In this document: positions 35,637 to 45,405 of the stretch, piece by piece
Layout: every line of letters begins with the position of its first letter
How positions within the stretch are numbered: position 1 is the stretch's first letter
Source: Verrucomicrobiota bacterium
GTDB lineage: Bacteria; Verrucomicrobiota; Verrucomicrobiia; Limisphaerales; CAIMTB01
Reading direction: 5' to 3'
Length of the DNA: 64,000 nt
Assembly (NCBI GenBank): GCA_963205105.1
Contig: CAUJJW010000337.1
Coordinates: forward strand, 5,909 to 69,908
The notes under the pieces: generated by a model
The model's database searches: none
What the model was told of the DNA's origin: nothing
The model's input: the letters and a program-made list of their open reading frames with translations, nothing else
Translations under genes and position numbers: made by a program

Positions 35637-35665
35637 AGTATCACCTACAATTTTAAGGTGAGACT
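35637..35665. promoter_or_regulatory. Candidate metalloregulator operator in the ytg-like promoter region
   Basis: Inverted repeat AGTATCACCT-N9-AGGTGAGACT (9/10 match) inside the only AT-rich patch of the 153-bp region upstream of the operon start (35541). Confidence 0.4.
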
Positions 35666-35694
35666 GAAAATGTGGGGCGGTGCGGCGGGGGGTG

Positions 35695-36792
35695 TCAGTC
35701 GGTCGTGGCTTGGGCAGGGGCGGGGGCCGGGGCCGCGGCCTTGGTTGCGGTCGCGGCGACGGCGGCGGCATAGGACTCGGCGAGCCGGCCGACGAGGGCG
35801 CGGTCGGCGGTGATGCCTGCGGATTCGAGGGCCAGGGCGGCGGCACCGAGCAGCGGGGCGAGGAGCATGGGTTCGAAGGTGACGGGGATTTCGTCGCGCA
35901 TGGTGCGGTAGACCGATTCCTGGACGACGGTGTTTTTGCTGACGACGGAGCCGTTGAGCCAGACGGGGACGGGTCGGATGCGGAGGTCGACGAGGCGGAT
36001 GGCGGCGAGGGCCTGGCGGGCGAGGTCCTGGCCGGCGCGCTGGCAGATATCGATCCAGAGGGCATCGCCGGGGTCGGCGTGTTGGGCGGCGTAACCGGCG
36101 AGGGCTGCGAAGCGGTCCTTGGAGTATTTCGGCTGGTAGATGATGGGGACGATATCGTTGAGCACTTTGACATCGAACCAGCGGAGGACGATGTCGAGGA
36201 GGCAGGTGGCGGGGCCGGAGCCTTCGGAAGCGGCGATGGCGGCGCGGATGCATTCGCGACCGATCCAGTAGGCGCTGCCTTCATCGCCGAGCAGGTGGCC
36301 CCAGGCGCCGACCTGGGCGAATTCGCCGCGTTCGTTACGGGCGAGAAAGCTGGAGCCGGTGCCGCCGACGATGAGGACGCCGGGTTGGCCGAGGCTGGCG
36401 GCGTGGTAGGCGGTCATGACATCGCTGACGAGGCGGGTGGCTTCGAGGGGGACGATGCCGCGGCAGAGCATTTCCTTTTCGCGATGGGTGGCTTCGGAGA
36501 AGAGGGCGGCGCTGCCGATGACGGTATGGACGAGGCGATTGCCGAGGGGGAGGTTGGTTTCGAGGGTGCGGACGAGCTGGGTGAGGCTGCGGCGGGCTTC
36601 CTGGAGGGAGGTGCCGAAGAAATTGAGGGAACCGGATTTGGCGGTGGCGAGGGCCTGGCCGTTGAAGTCGACGGCGACGCCGTAGCTGTAGGTGGCGCCT
36701 CCGTCGATGCCGATGATGACTGGGGTGGCGTGGGGATCCTCGATGAGGAGGCCGGAGCCCGGGGCAAGGGCGGGGGTGGGATCGGGGGCCAT
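35695..36792 (-). CDS. BadF/BadG/BcrA/BcrD-type ATPase (N-acetylglucosamine kinase-like)
   Basis: 'IIGIDGGATYS' phosphate-1 motif and 'LIVGGTGS' of the ASKHA fold. Confidence 0.65.
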   Translation of the reverse strand: MAPDPTPALAPGSGLLIEDPHATPVIIGIDGGATYSYGVAVDFNGQALATAKSGSLNFFGTSLQEARRSLTQLVRTLETNLPLGNRLVHTVIGSAALFSEATHREKEMLCRGIVPLEATRLVSDVMTAYHAASLGQPGVLIVGGTGSSFLARNERGEFAQVGAWGHLLGDEGSAYWIGRECIRAAIAASEGSGPATCLLDIVLRWFDVKVLNDIVPIIYQPKYSKDRFAALAGYAAQHADPGDALWIDICQRAGQDLARQALAAIRLVDLRIRPVPVWLNGSVVSKNTVVQESVYRTMRDEIPVTFEPMLLAPLLGAAALALESAGITADRALVGRLAESYAAAVAATATKAAAPAPAPAQATTD

Positions 36793-36816
36793 GAGCGTGA
36801 TCGGTCGGGGGGCGGT

Positions 36817-37737
36817 TCAGATCTGGAAATCGAGGATGGGTGATTGGCGTTCGCGTTTCCCTTTCACGACCATGTGGCCGTCTTCGTAAAGCACGAGGGA
36901 ATGGGGTGGGACGCTGTGCATGAGGAAGACATTGCCACCGATGGTGCTGTGGGCGCCGATGACGGTTTCGCCGCCGACGATGGTGGCATTGGCGTAGATG
37001 GTGACGTGGTCTTCGAGGGTGGGGTGGCGGCGGGTGCCGCGGAGATTCTGGCCGCCGGCGAGGGAGCGGGCGACGAGGCCGACGCCTTGATACATTTTGA
37101 CATGGGAACCGATCACGGCGGTTTCGCCGATGACGGTGCCGGTGCAGTGGTCGACGAAGAAATGGGAGCCGATGGTGGCGCCGGGGTGGAGGTCCATGCC
37201 GCTTCGGCTATGGGCCCATTCGGTCATGATGCGTGGGAGGAGGGGGATATGGGCGAGGTACAGCTGGTGGGCCATGCGTTGGACGGCGATGGCTTCCATG
37301 AAGGGGTAGGCGACGATGACCTCTTCCTTGCTGAGAGCGGCGGGGTCGCCGCGGAAGGCGGCTTCGGCGTCGGTTTGGAGGATTTCGCGGACGCAGGGGA
37401 GGCTGTACAGGAAATCGAGTCCGAGCTGGCGGGCGGCTTGGGCGAGTTGGTTGCGCTGGAGGTGAGTGGGTGGTGCGTATTCGAGGCTCTTGAGGATCTC
37501 GTCCTCCAGGCGTTCGCGGACGGAGGCGAGGAGGAGGGTGGTTTCGACCTTGAGTTCGGAGGAGACGAGGGGGCGTTCGTCGAAGAAGCCGGGGAACACC
37601 AGGCGGAGCAGATCCTGGGTGATGGACGTGATGGCGGACTTCGAAGGCAGGTTGGGGCCATCGACGTGATTAATACCGCCCACCGTGGCGTACGAGGCCA
37701 GGAGCCGGTCCGCCAGTTGGGTCACGGTCGCGTCCAC
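36817..37737 (-). CDS. cysE: Serine O-acetyltransferase (long form)
   Basis: 'GMDLHPGATIGSHFFVDHCTGTVIGETAVIG..V.MYQGVGL' and hexapeptide repeats. Confidence 0.8.
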   Translation of the reverse strand: MDATVTQLADRLLASYATVGGINHVDGPNLPSKSAITSITQDLLRLVFPGFFDERPLVSSELKVETTLLLASVRERLEDEILKSLEYAPPTHLQRNQLAQAARQLGLDFLYSLPCVREILQTDAEAAFRGDPAALSKEEVIVAYPFMEAIAVQRMAHQLYLAHIPLLPRIMTEWAHSRSGMDLHPGATIGSHFFVDHCTGTVIGETAVIGSHVKMYQGVGLVARSLAGGQNLRGTRRHPTLEDHVTIYANATIVGGETVIGAHSTIGGNVFLMHSVPPHSLVLYEDGHMVVKGKRERQSPILDFQI

Positions 37738-37910
37738 GGCGGGGATTATCCGCCTGGGTTGGCGGGGGACGCAAGCGGGGGCTTGCGATGTGGGGTTCGC
37801 GGGCTATTCAACGGTCGGGTCGGGTGTCAGGGTGTTGGAAACGGAACGTCCGGTTTGTGAACATAACAACGAACGAGGTGGGAGCGTCGGCGGTTGGAGA
37901 AGCTTTGCCG

Positions 37911-38663
37911 ATGCGGGCGGGATCGGTGCCGTATTTGAATGCGGCGCCGCTGGTGCGGGGGTTGGAAGGGAGATTGCGCCTGTTGCCGCCGTCCCAATTG
38001 GCGGTGGAATTGCGGCAAGGGACCTTGGATGCGGGATTGGTGAGCATCACGGAAGCGCTGCTCAACGACTGTTACGATATTCTCGATGGTTATGGAGTGG
38101 CTTCGGACGGTGAGGTTTACAGCGTTTTTCTGGCGCATAGGGTGCCGCTGGAGTTGGTGCGGCGGGTTCGGTGCGACACGGCCTCGCTGACGAGCGTGAA
38201 TTTGTTGCGGGTGTTGCTGGTCGAGCGTGGTTTGCGACCGAACTTTGAGCCGTTGGGGTCGGTGGAGGAGGCAGGACGGGAGGAGGCGGTCCTGTTGATT
38301 GGGGATGGTGCGATCGCGTTTCAGAGGGCGGGGCACGGGCACACGATTTGGGATCTGGGGGAAGCGTGGCGGGCGATGACCGGGTTACCGTTTGTGTATG
38401 CCGTTTGGGCGTTACGGCGCGGGGTGGACACGAGGGAACTGCGGCGGGAATTGGCGGAGGCGGGGCAACGAGGGCAGGTGGAGATGGACGCGGTGGTACG
38501 GGAATCGCGTGGTTTTGATGAAGCTTTCCGGCGGGTCTATCTCACGCGGCACACGCATCATACGTTGGGGCCGGCGGACAAGAAGGGAGTGGCGCGGTTT
38601 GTGGAGCTGCTGCGACGGCATCGTCCCGGACCGGTGTATGATCCGCGGTATGTCGGGGTTTGA
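37911..38663 (+). CDS. mqnA: Chorismate dehydratase of the futalosine menaquinone pathway
   Basis: 'RAGSVPYLNAAPL', 'LDAGLVS', 'GLPFVYAVWALRRG'. Start at ATG 37911. Confidence 0.75.
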   Translation: MRAGSVPYLNAAPLVRGLEGRLRLLPPSQLAVELRQGTLDAGLVSITEALLNDCYDILDGYGVASDGEVYSVFLAHRVPLELVRRVRCDTASLTSVNLLRVLLVERGLRPNFEPLGSVEEAGREEAVLLIGDGAIAFQRAGHGHTIWDLGEAWRAMTGLPFVYAVWALRRGVDTRELRRELAEAGQRGQVEMDAVVRESRGFDEAFRRVYLTRHTHHTLGPADKKGVARFVELLRRHRPGPVYDPRYVGV

Positions 38664-38754
38664 ACGTTCCCGCCTAGAATGGCAGTTGGCCAAATGCGTC
38701 ATGGGGATTAGGCTTTCGGCGTCAACGAACCCTGTCTGCCGACGCCCATCGACC

Positions 38755-39354
38755 ATGAAAACGACCTATGCATTCGCGTACGTCCTCCTGACCTCCTGGG
38801 TGGGCCTGGCTCAGACCGCTCCGCTGACCAATGTCGTGGAGCGGATGCCGGCAGCGCCGAGTTTGGCGACGGAAGTGTCGGTGCCCGTGCCGGTGGTGCG
38901 TGTGCCGGTGGGTGGGGTGGTGGTTCCTGCTGAGGCCGAGTCGAGCCCGGCGCCTGCGGTGGTGGTTTCCGAGATGGACACGCAACTGGGCTGGAGCGCG
39001 AACTCGGTGGGGCTTCGGGAGCCGACGGTGACGACGGTGCGCACCAATCGGGGTGTGGAGATCAAGGGAGTGCTGCCGCGTGCGGCGCGATCGGAGCGGA
39101 GGGGGTTTGGGGGTTTTCTGTCGGGGTTCGCCAATCTATTCAACCCGTTCGCGCCGGTGTCGAAGGGGGTGGAGAGCCGAGGGGAGCATTGGTACGACGG
39201 CGGGGTTCAGTCGGCACCGCTGCCGCGCGGCCTGAGGGATGAGCGGTCGCATGAGCCGCAGACGGCGATTTTCTCGTCGGACTTTGGAAGTGGTGAGTCC
39301 CCGGACAAGCTGCCGCCGGCTCCGGCGAAGGGGTCGATCCCGGCCAAGCCGTAG
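38755..39354 (+). CDS. Secreted hypothetical protein
   Basis: Signal peptide 'MKTTYAFAYVLLTSWVGLAQ' at in-frame ATG 38755, with a Pro/Val-rich body. The upstream part of ORF 38392.. overlaps mqnA and was rejected. Confidence 0.45.
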   Translation: MKTTYAFAYVLLTSWVGLAQTAPLTNVVERMPAAPSLATEVSVPVPVVRVPVGGVVVPAEAESSPAPAVVVSEMDTQLGWSANSVGLREPTVTTVRTNRGVEIKGVLPRAARSERRGFGGFLSGFANLFNPFAPVSKGVESRGEHWYDGGVQSAPLPRGLRDERSHEPQTAIFSSDFGSGESPDKLPPAPAKGSIPAKP

Positions 39355-40428
39355 TTAGCGGGTGGTGGGGAGTTCGATCACGTCGATCTTGCGGAGCGAA
39401 TCACTGCCGAGTTCGAGCAGCCGGGCGTTTTCGTAGAGCTCGGTCCGATTGGTGATGGCCGGGGTTCCGGCGGCGATGCGGATGCGGTTGAGTTCCTCCT
39501 GGGACAGGACGTCGAGGGCAACGGGGTCGAGGCTGAAGCGGAGTTCGTTGGGGGTGGCGGAGTACTGGAAGAACGTGCGCTGGCTGCCTTCGTACTGACC
39601 GATGAGGGCATCGACGATGTTGAGGGCGATGTTTTCGGCAAGGTTGGTTTTGCCGAAGATTTCGGGGACGGCGCGGGCGAGCAGGCTGGGATTGGCTTCG
39701 AAGCGAAGGAAATTGTCGGTCACCGCGCTGGCGACGCTGTAGAGGATGCCGCTGACGCCGGCCTGGTTGTGGTTGAGCAGCGGGGCGATGAAGATGTGGC
39801 GGGTGATGTCGCGGGTGATGAGGCGGCTGAAGTGGGATTTGCGGCCGGCGACTTCGTTGGTGGTGCCGGTGGCGGCGGCGCGGGCGAATTCGAGATCCCC
39901 GAACACGAGTTGACCGAGCACAGAATTTTCGTAGGGGTCGACGGGGTCGAAGCCGGCATCGGTGGCGCCGGCGAGTCGGACGCCGAGGGAGGAGGCGATT
40001 TCCTCGAAACCGGCGGAGCGCAGGTCGATGAGACGGCGGTCCCAGAGGACGATGCGGTTGGCGGGGTGTCCGGCGTCGAGGAGGCCGCGTAGGACGGCGG
40101 AAGCCACGGCGGGGCGGGTGCCGCTGGCGGATCCTGGGGAGGAATGGACTTTGACGCCGACGACGTCCTGGGGTTGGACGAGACTGCGCCAGGCTTCGGC
40201 GGCGTTGGTTTTGCCGGTGAGGGCGATGACCCCACGGGCGACCATGGACGCGACGACATCCGGTTGGGCGGTGAGCGACCGGGTGGCGGCGGGGTCACGG
40301 ACGACAAAAACCCTGGAATTCGGGTTGTCCGAGCTGCCGAGCAGGCCAGGATCGGCGAAGCCGAGCTCGGCAGCCGTGAGACAAAACGACTGACAAAGCA
40401 AAAGGAGCGTGAGTATGACTCGCGGCAT
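39355..40428 (-). CDS. Secreted DUF362-like protein
   Basis: Signal peptide. 'VVGVKVHSSPG...TRPAV..AVLRGLLDAG' resembles DUF362 N-terminal motifs. Its stop abuts the convergent gene's stop. Confidence 0.5.
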   Translation of the reverse strand: MPRVILTLLLLCQSFCLTAAELGFADPGLLGSSDNPNSRVFVVRDPAATRSLTAQPDVVASMVARGVIALTGKTNAAEAWRSLVQPQDVVGVKVHSSPGSASGTRPAVASAVLRGLLDAGHPANRIVLWDRRLIDLRSAGFEEIASSLGVRLAGATDAGFDPVDPYENSVLGQLVFGDLEFARAAATGTTNEVAGRKSHFSRLITRDITRHIFIAPLLNHNQAGVSGILYSVASAVTDNFLRFEANPSLLARAVPEIFGKTNLAENIALNIVDALIGQYEGSQRTFFQYSATPNELRFSLDPVALDVLSQEELNRIRIAAGTPAITNRTELYENARLLELGSDSLRKIDVIELPTTR

Positions 40429-40491
40429 GACGCAACGATGGGCCGCGAAGTGCTGGAGCGCTTCGCGACTCGAACTTTAGCCGGAGCACGG

Positions 40492-42882
40492 ATGTTGACG
40501 ACTTCAAAACCACGCGGGAACTGGCGCCGGCCGGTGGTGGCCACCGGGTTGGTGCTTTTATTGGCCGGGTGCACCCCACCGGGTCCGAGAGCTTTGCTCG
40601 AAGGGGAACGCCTGATTCGGGAGGGCCATTCGGAGGACGCCATCCGGCGTTTGCGCACGGCGGTGGAGTTTTTGCCGGGGAACGCGCAGGCCTGGAATCA
40701 CCTGGGTTTGGCGTACCACGGCGCCAAACGTCCCACGGAAGCATCCGAGGCCTATCAGCAGGCGTTGCGGTTGGATCGGAATCTGTCGGTGGCGTACTTC
40801 AACTCCGGGTGCCTGTATTTGGAGCATGGGGAACCCATGCTGGCGACCGATGCGCTTTGGGCGTACGTGGGTCTTCAGCCGAGGGTGGTGGAAGGCTGGG
40901 TGAAGCTCGGTCAGGCCCAGTTGCGGACGCGCAAGTGGGATCAGGCGGAACGGAGCTTCGCGGAGGCGCTTCGGCTGAATCCTGCCCGGGTGGACGCGCT
41001 GAACGGGCTCGGGGTTGCCCTTCACCAGCGACGGAAAGTGCGCGAGGCCTGGCAGTCCTTCACCAACGCCGTCATGCGCGAACCTGGCTTTGCGCCGGCT
41101 TGGTTGAACCTGGGGGTGATCGCGCATCAGACCGGCGCCAGCGCCAAAGCCGCGCAGGCTTATCGGCAGTATGCGAACCTCCGTCCGGAACTGGCTCGTC
41201 AGATGGATCTGGCGGCGGTGATCGGAAAATTGGAGGCGCCGCCTGCGGCCCCGGTGATCCAACTGCCTCCAGCGCCGGGTTCGACCGGAGACAACACTCC
41301 GCGCGTCCCGGACACTGCCTCCCCCTCGGGGGCCTCGGTGGAGCCGGGGGCGCCCGAGGCCGCGACACCAGCGTCGGTAAGCGTCGCCTCGACGGATCCG
41401 CCGGTGACGAACGAGCCAGTTCAGGCAAGTCCACCCCAGGTTCCTGACCTTTCGGACACCGAGCCGACGCTGGCCGATGGGACTTCGACCAACGCCGCGC
41501 CGGTTTCTGTTTTGCAAGTGGTTGGCAACGAGAGTTCTGTGACTCAGGAAGTCGCGGCTGCCCCGGTCGCTGCATCCACTTCCACCGACGCTCCCCCCGC
41601 CTCGGTTTCGGTTCCGATTTCGGTTGTTTCGAATCCGCCTGTGCCGGCCGCGGCTCAGGAGCCTTTGGCGGTCGCGCCGGCGGAGAACACGGACGCGTTG
41701 ATCCTTCCCACACCGCCGCCGATGGAAGCGACGGCTTCGATCCCCACCGGGGTGGTGGCAGCCGCCACGTCCGTTCCGGTGGTTCCGGTGGTTCCGGTGG
41801 ATCGGGTCCAACTGCCGGCCAACGAGTCGCTGGTGATGGGGGTGCGTGACGAGGCGCCTTCCGTGGAAGCTTCCGGGGTTTCGGAGGCGGTTTCGGCGGA
41901 GGCAGGTTTGGCTCCGCTCGTTCGTCCAGTGGGGGCGCAGCGGTCGTCACCGGGAACGGATCGAGACGATCGGCGCGGCTTTTGGAGCCGGGCGAATCCG
42001 GTGAGCTGGTTCGGCTCGGAGGGGGCCAAGCCCGAAATCGCCGCGGAAGGGTCGGTTTCCGCCTCGGATCGGGAGAGTGGTGCCGCTGGTTGGCGTTGGG
42101 TGAACCCGGCGAGTTGGTTCCGAGGCAGCGGCGAAGGCGGCTCCGCGACCGCGGCAGCGTCGTCTGATCGAACGGCAGCGTTGGATGGTGGTGTGGCGAC
42201 GAACCAGGTGACTGCTTTGGCGGCTCCGGCGTCGGTGCCGGAGCGTGGGGCCACGGAAGCGGTGGAGACCGTGCCGGTGCGTCGGGCTCCGACGGCGACG
42301 TGGGCGTCGAGACCGGTTTCGACGCGGCCCGAGCCGGGGCGTGAGGCGGAGGTCGCCGTGCCGCGGGAGATCCGTCGGTACGCCTATTTGCGACCGGAGA
42401 GGCCGCCGGAGGGGAACCGGAACGCGGCGAAAGGGGTGTTGGCGCAGGCCCAGGAGGAGCATCGGCGGGACCGGGCGTCATCCGCGGTTCGGTTGTACGA
42501 GGAAGCGCTGCAATTGGATCCATCGCTGGCGGAGGCGTACCAGGAACTGGCAGTGGCGGCGCTTCAGTTGGACGATGTGCCGAGGGCGCTGGCGGCGGGT
42601 GAGATGGGGTTGCTGTTGCAGCCTCAGACGGTGGTGGGGCGACTGAATTTTGCCCTGGCGTTGGATCGGGCGGGGTACCCGGTGGATGCGGCCATGGAAG
42701 CGGAGCGGGTGGTGGGGGCGAAGCCGGATCACGTGGCGGCCCATTTGCTATTGGGGAATCTGAACGCCCAGAAATTAGGGCGTCCGGACTTGGCTCGGGT
42801 GCATTACCTGCGGGTGCTGGAACTGGAACCGACGCACCCGCAGAACGCGGCGATCCGGCGGTGGCTGGCGGGGCGTCCTTAG
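40492..42882 (+). CDS. TPR-repeat lipoprotein with a long Pro/Ala/Ser/Val-rich central linker
   Basis: Lipobox 'LLLAGC' after ATG 40492. TPR units at both ends ('AWNHLGLAYHG', 'AYQELAVAAL'). Confidence 0.75.
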   Translation: MLTTSKPRGNWRRPVVATGLVLLLAGCTPPGPRALLEGERLIREGHSEDAIRRLRTAVEFLPGNAQAWNHLGLAYHGAKRPTEASEAYQQALRLDRNLSVAYFNSGCLYLEHGEPMLATDALWAYVGLQPRVVEGWVKLGQAQLRTRKWDQAERSFAEALRLNPARVDALNGLGVALHQRRKVREAWQSFTNAVMREPGFAPAWLNLGVIAHQTGASAKAAQAYRQYANLRPELARQMDLAAVIGKLEAPPAAPVIQLPPAPGSTGDNTPRVPDTASPSGASVEPGAPEAATPASVSVASTDPPVTNEPVQASPPQVPDLSDTEPTLADGTSTNAAPVSVLQVVGNESSVTQEVAAAPVAASTSTDAPPASVSVPISVVSNPPVPAAAQEPLAVAPAENTDALILPTPPPMEATASIPTGVVAAATSVPVVPVVPVDRVQLPANESLVMGVRDEAPSVEASGVSEAVSAEAGLAPLVRPVGAQRSSPGTDRDDRRGFWSRANPVSWFGSEGAKPEIAAEGSVSASDRESGAAGWRWVNPASWFRGSGEGGSATAAASSDRTAALDGGVATNQVTALAAPASVPERGATEAVETVPVRRAPTATWASRPVSTRPEPGREAEVAVPREIRRYAYLRPERPPEGNRNAAKGVLAQAQEEHRRDRASSAVRLYEEALQLDPSLAEAYQELAVAALQLDDVPRALAAGEMGLLLQPQTVVGRLNFALALDRAGYPVDAAMEAERVVGAKPDHVAAHLLLGNLNAQKLGRPDLARVHYLRVLELEPTHPQNAAIRRWLAGRP

Positions 42883-42900
42883 AGAGGGGATGGGGAGGGG

Positions 42901-43320
42901 TGGTTCATGGAGAGTCCCCTGTTCGAAATCGACCTGCTCACGGCCCTTGAACCCGGGATTCCGGGGGGCGGGACGCCCCCCTCTACGGCAGGCGAGACGC
43001 CCCCCGCTACGGAGGCGCGGTTCATGGAGAGGAGCGTTTTCCAAGAATTGGACACGTATTGGGACCATGAACGGTGGAGCGAGGAATGCAGCGAGCGGCC
43101 CTCACCCCGGCCCTCTCCCGGAGGGAGAGGGAGAATAGTTCCCGCGGGTTTCGAAGGGTTGGGCCGGGTGTTGGCTGGAACAAGTCGTGTCGGCTCGGAC
43201 GGTTGGATTTCTGGCATGTCGCCGTGCGGGATATGCGGCTCCCTCTCCCTCCGGGAGAGGGTTGGGGTGAGGGTGCCCGTTTCACCCCCCGCGACGGCTT
43301 CCTGGGTGAGCTTCATGGGG
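42901..43320. repeat. REP-like mosaic
   Basis: Spacer module, GTAG double hairpin (42956-43016), R2 and R3, delimited by 'ggttcatgg', 'gaccatgaac' and 'cttcatgggg'. The stop of 43313..43933 lies in the last motif. Confidence 0.85.
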
Positions 43321-43933
43321 TGGGCGGGTGGTTTTCGCCGTCCTTCCAGAAGGTTTGGCGGACGACTTTCCCGTTTTCGAGTTCGACTTCGGCCTTCAGG
43401 GAGCCGCTGGCAAACCAGGCGCGGGAACTGCCGTGGGGTTGACCGTTCGTGAGATGGATTTCCTCGGCGAGCACCCCGTTGGTGTGCCAGCGCCGGAAGG
43501 TGCCTTCGAGTTGGCCGTGGCGGGCGGTGCCTTCGGAGAGTCGTGAGCCGTCGGGGTGCCACTTCTCGACGGGTCCGTGGCCGACGCCTTCGACGAACTG
43601 TTCTCGGATCTGGAGGTTGCCGTTGGTGTGGAAACCTTCCGAGACGCCGTTCAACACGCCATTGGAGATTTGGGTGCGCGATTTGAGAGGACCATCGGGG
43701 TAGCTCTCGGTCATCCAGCCCGTGAACGCCGCATTGGTGTTCCCGCGGAGCACGAGCCGACCGTCCATGCGGATCAGTTGGGATGCATCGACCTCGGCCA
43801 GCGGGGGCGGGGTGGGTGATGGGGGCAGTGGGCGACGAGAGTAGGCCAACCACGCGAGCATGCCTGCAAGGACGACGAGTCCCAAAGCCCACGCCAACGA
43901 GCGGGAGTTGGATGGAGCCGTGGAGGTCGGCAT
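43313..43933 (-). CDS. Membrane-anchored MORN-variant repeat protein (YwqK-like)
   Basis: N-terminal TM 'LAWALGLVVLAGMLAWLAY', then repeated 'G...G....W..NG' units. Confidence 0.7.
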   Translation of the reverse strand: MPTSTAPSNSRSLAWALGLVVLAGMLAWLAYSRRPLPPSPTPPPLAEVDASQLIRMDGRLVLRGNTNAAFTGWMTESYPDGPLKSRTQISNGVLNGVSEGFHTNGNLQIREQFVEGVGHGPVEKWHPDGSRLSEGTARHGQLEGTFRRWHTNGVLAEEIHLTNGQPHGSSRAWFASGSLKAEVELENGKVVRQTFWKDGENHPPTP

Positions 43934-43935
43934 GG

Positions 43936-44781
43936 CTAGCGCACCACGAGGCGGAAGAACCGGGATCCTTCCACGGCGTCCGTGGAGGGACCGACCAGGG
44001 CCCGGATGGGGCGAACGTCGGTGGCGGTGAAGGACCTCCGTTCCGCTGCATCGGCGGGATCGGAGGGCAGGGTGAAGGAGACAGGGGCCCAGGCGGTCAT
44101 GTTCTGGGAAACCTGAATGGAGTAGGTGCGGCCGCGAATGGCGGTGAACTCGAGAACCGACCGTCCTGCGGCGGTGGACACGATGGCGAGGGCGAAGCCA
44201 TCGGCGGGGTCGAAGGCGTAGGTACCGGCGAGGTACTCGTTGAGATTGCTGAGTCCATCGCCGTCGTCGTCATCCTTGGGGCGGATGTCGCCGAGAGAGC
44301 GGTTGCCGCCGGAAGCGGCAATGAGGGCCTGTTCCCAGGCATCGGGAAGGCCATCGCCGTCGGAGTCGATGCCGAGGGTGAGGTCGAGTCGGGTTTCGGC
44401 GCCGGGTTCGGTGAAAACCTTGGCGGCGCCGGTCATTTCGATGGGCAAGTAGGTGGTGGAACCGATGCGGACGCGCATGCGGAACGGGACGATAGGTCGG
44501 AGAGCGGATGGCTTGTAGAGGTCGTCGGTGGTGCCGGAGTCGAGAGGGATGGGGAGTCGGTAATTGAAGCCTGAGTCCGCGTTGGCGGCGGAGGTGGTGG
44601 CGATGGCAGCGCGGACGGTGGGTGCGCCCTCGGTTTCGAGGAAAACCTGGGCATTGGGGACGTTGAGGGGATTGCCGAGTTCATCGCGGACCGTGCCGAA
44701 CACGAGGTGATGCGGGGCGGGGGGGAAGGCGTTGGCGCTGGTGGCGGCCAGGAGGGCGGCGGCGGCGAGGATGGGCTTCAT
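43936..44781 (-). CDS. Secreted protein with TSP3-type Ca-binding motifs and the shared C-terminal tail
   Basis: Signal peptide from ATG 44781 ('MKPILAAAALLAATSANA'). 'DSDGDGLPDAWE', 'DDDGDGLSNLNEYLAGT', '...RTYSIQVSQNMTAW...RFFRLVV'. The upstream 208 codons of the ORF call are REP repeats. Confidence 0.75.
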   Translation of the reverse strand: MKPILAAAALLAATSANAFPPAPHHLVFGTVRDELGNPLNVPNAQVFLETEGAPTVRAAIATTSAANADSGFNYRLPIPLDSGTTDDLYKPSALRPIVPFRMRVRIGSTTYLPIEMTGAAKVFTEPGAETRLDLTLGIDSDGDGLPDAWEQALIAASGGNRSLGDIRPKDDDDGDGLSNLNEYLAGTYAFDPADGFALAIVSTAAGRSVLEFTAIRGRTYSIQVSQNMTAWAPVSFTLPSDPADAAERRSFTATDVRPIRALVGPSTDAVEGSRFFRLVVR

Positions 44782-44820
44782 GGGGAGGAACGATTTCCGG
44801 AATGAGGAGATAGGATGGGG

Positions 44821-45396
44821 CCATGAACTGGAGATTCCGGTGGGCGGGACGCCCGCCGCTACGGATGACCGGTTGATGGGTAGGAGCGTTTGCCAAAACT
44901 TGGACACGTATGAGGGCCATGAACCGAGGAGCGAGGAATGCAGCGAGCGGCCCTCACCCCGGCCCTCTCCCGGTGGGAGAGGGAGAAAACGCTCCGCGGA
45001 TTTCGAAGGGCCAAGCCGAGCGTTGGCTGGTGCGGTTGGCGACGGCTCTGAAGGACGGGGTTCAGGCCTGTCGCCGAGGGCAGGACGCGACACCCTATCC
45101 CCCCGGGAGAGGGTTGGGGTGAGGGAGCCGGCTTCAACCCTCGCGATAGCTTGCATGGGTAGGTTCATGGTAAGTCCACTGCTCGAAACCGACCTGCTTA
45201 CGGACCATGAACCTGGGGAGGCGGGCGGAATACGATTAGGAGTAGGAGTACGATGACGAGGGGAAGGCAGGTTCATGGAGAGGCCCCACGATTCACGAAT
45301 CGCGCATTGGGACCATGAACCCGGGATTCCGGGGGGCGAGACGCCCCCCTCCACGGCAGGCGGGACGCCCGCCGCTACGGAGGCGTGGTGCATGGG
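44821..45396. repeat. Largest REP-like mosaic (fills the whole intergenic region)
   Basis: Half hairpin unit 44833-44868, R2, R3, then a ~210-bp composite ending with the GTAG double hairpin at 45316-45382. Confidence 0.85.
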
Positions 45397-45405
45397 AAGG
45401 TGCAT

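Noticed and set aside
42879-44051. 390-aa minus-strand ORF spanning the REP mosaic and the MORN gene in another frame
   Set aside because: The N- and C-terminal parts translate repeat modules ('SVAGGVSPAVEGGVPPPGIPGS', 'LTPTLSRRERE'). The middle overlaps the well-supported MORN-repeat ORF out of frame.
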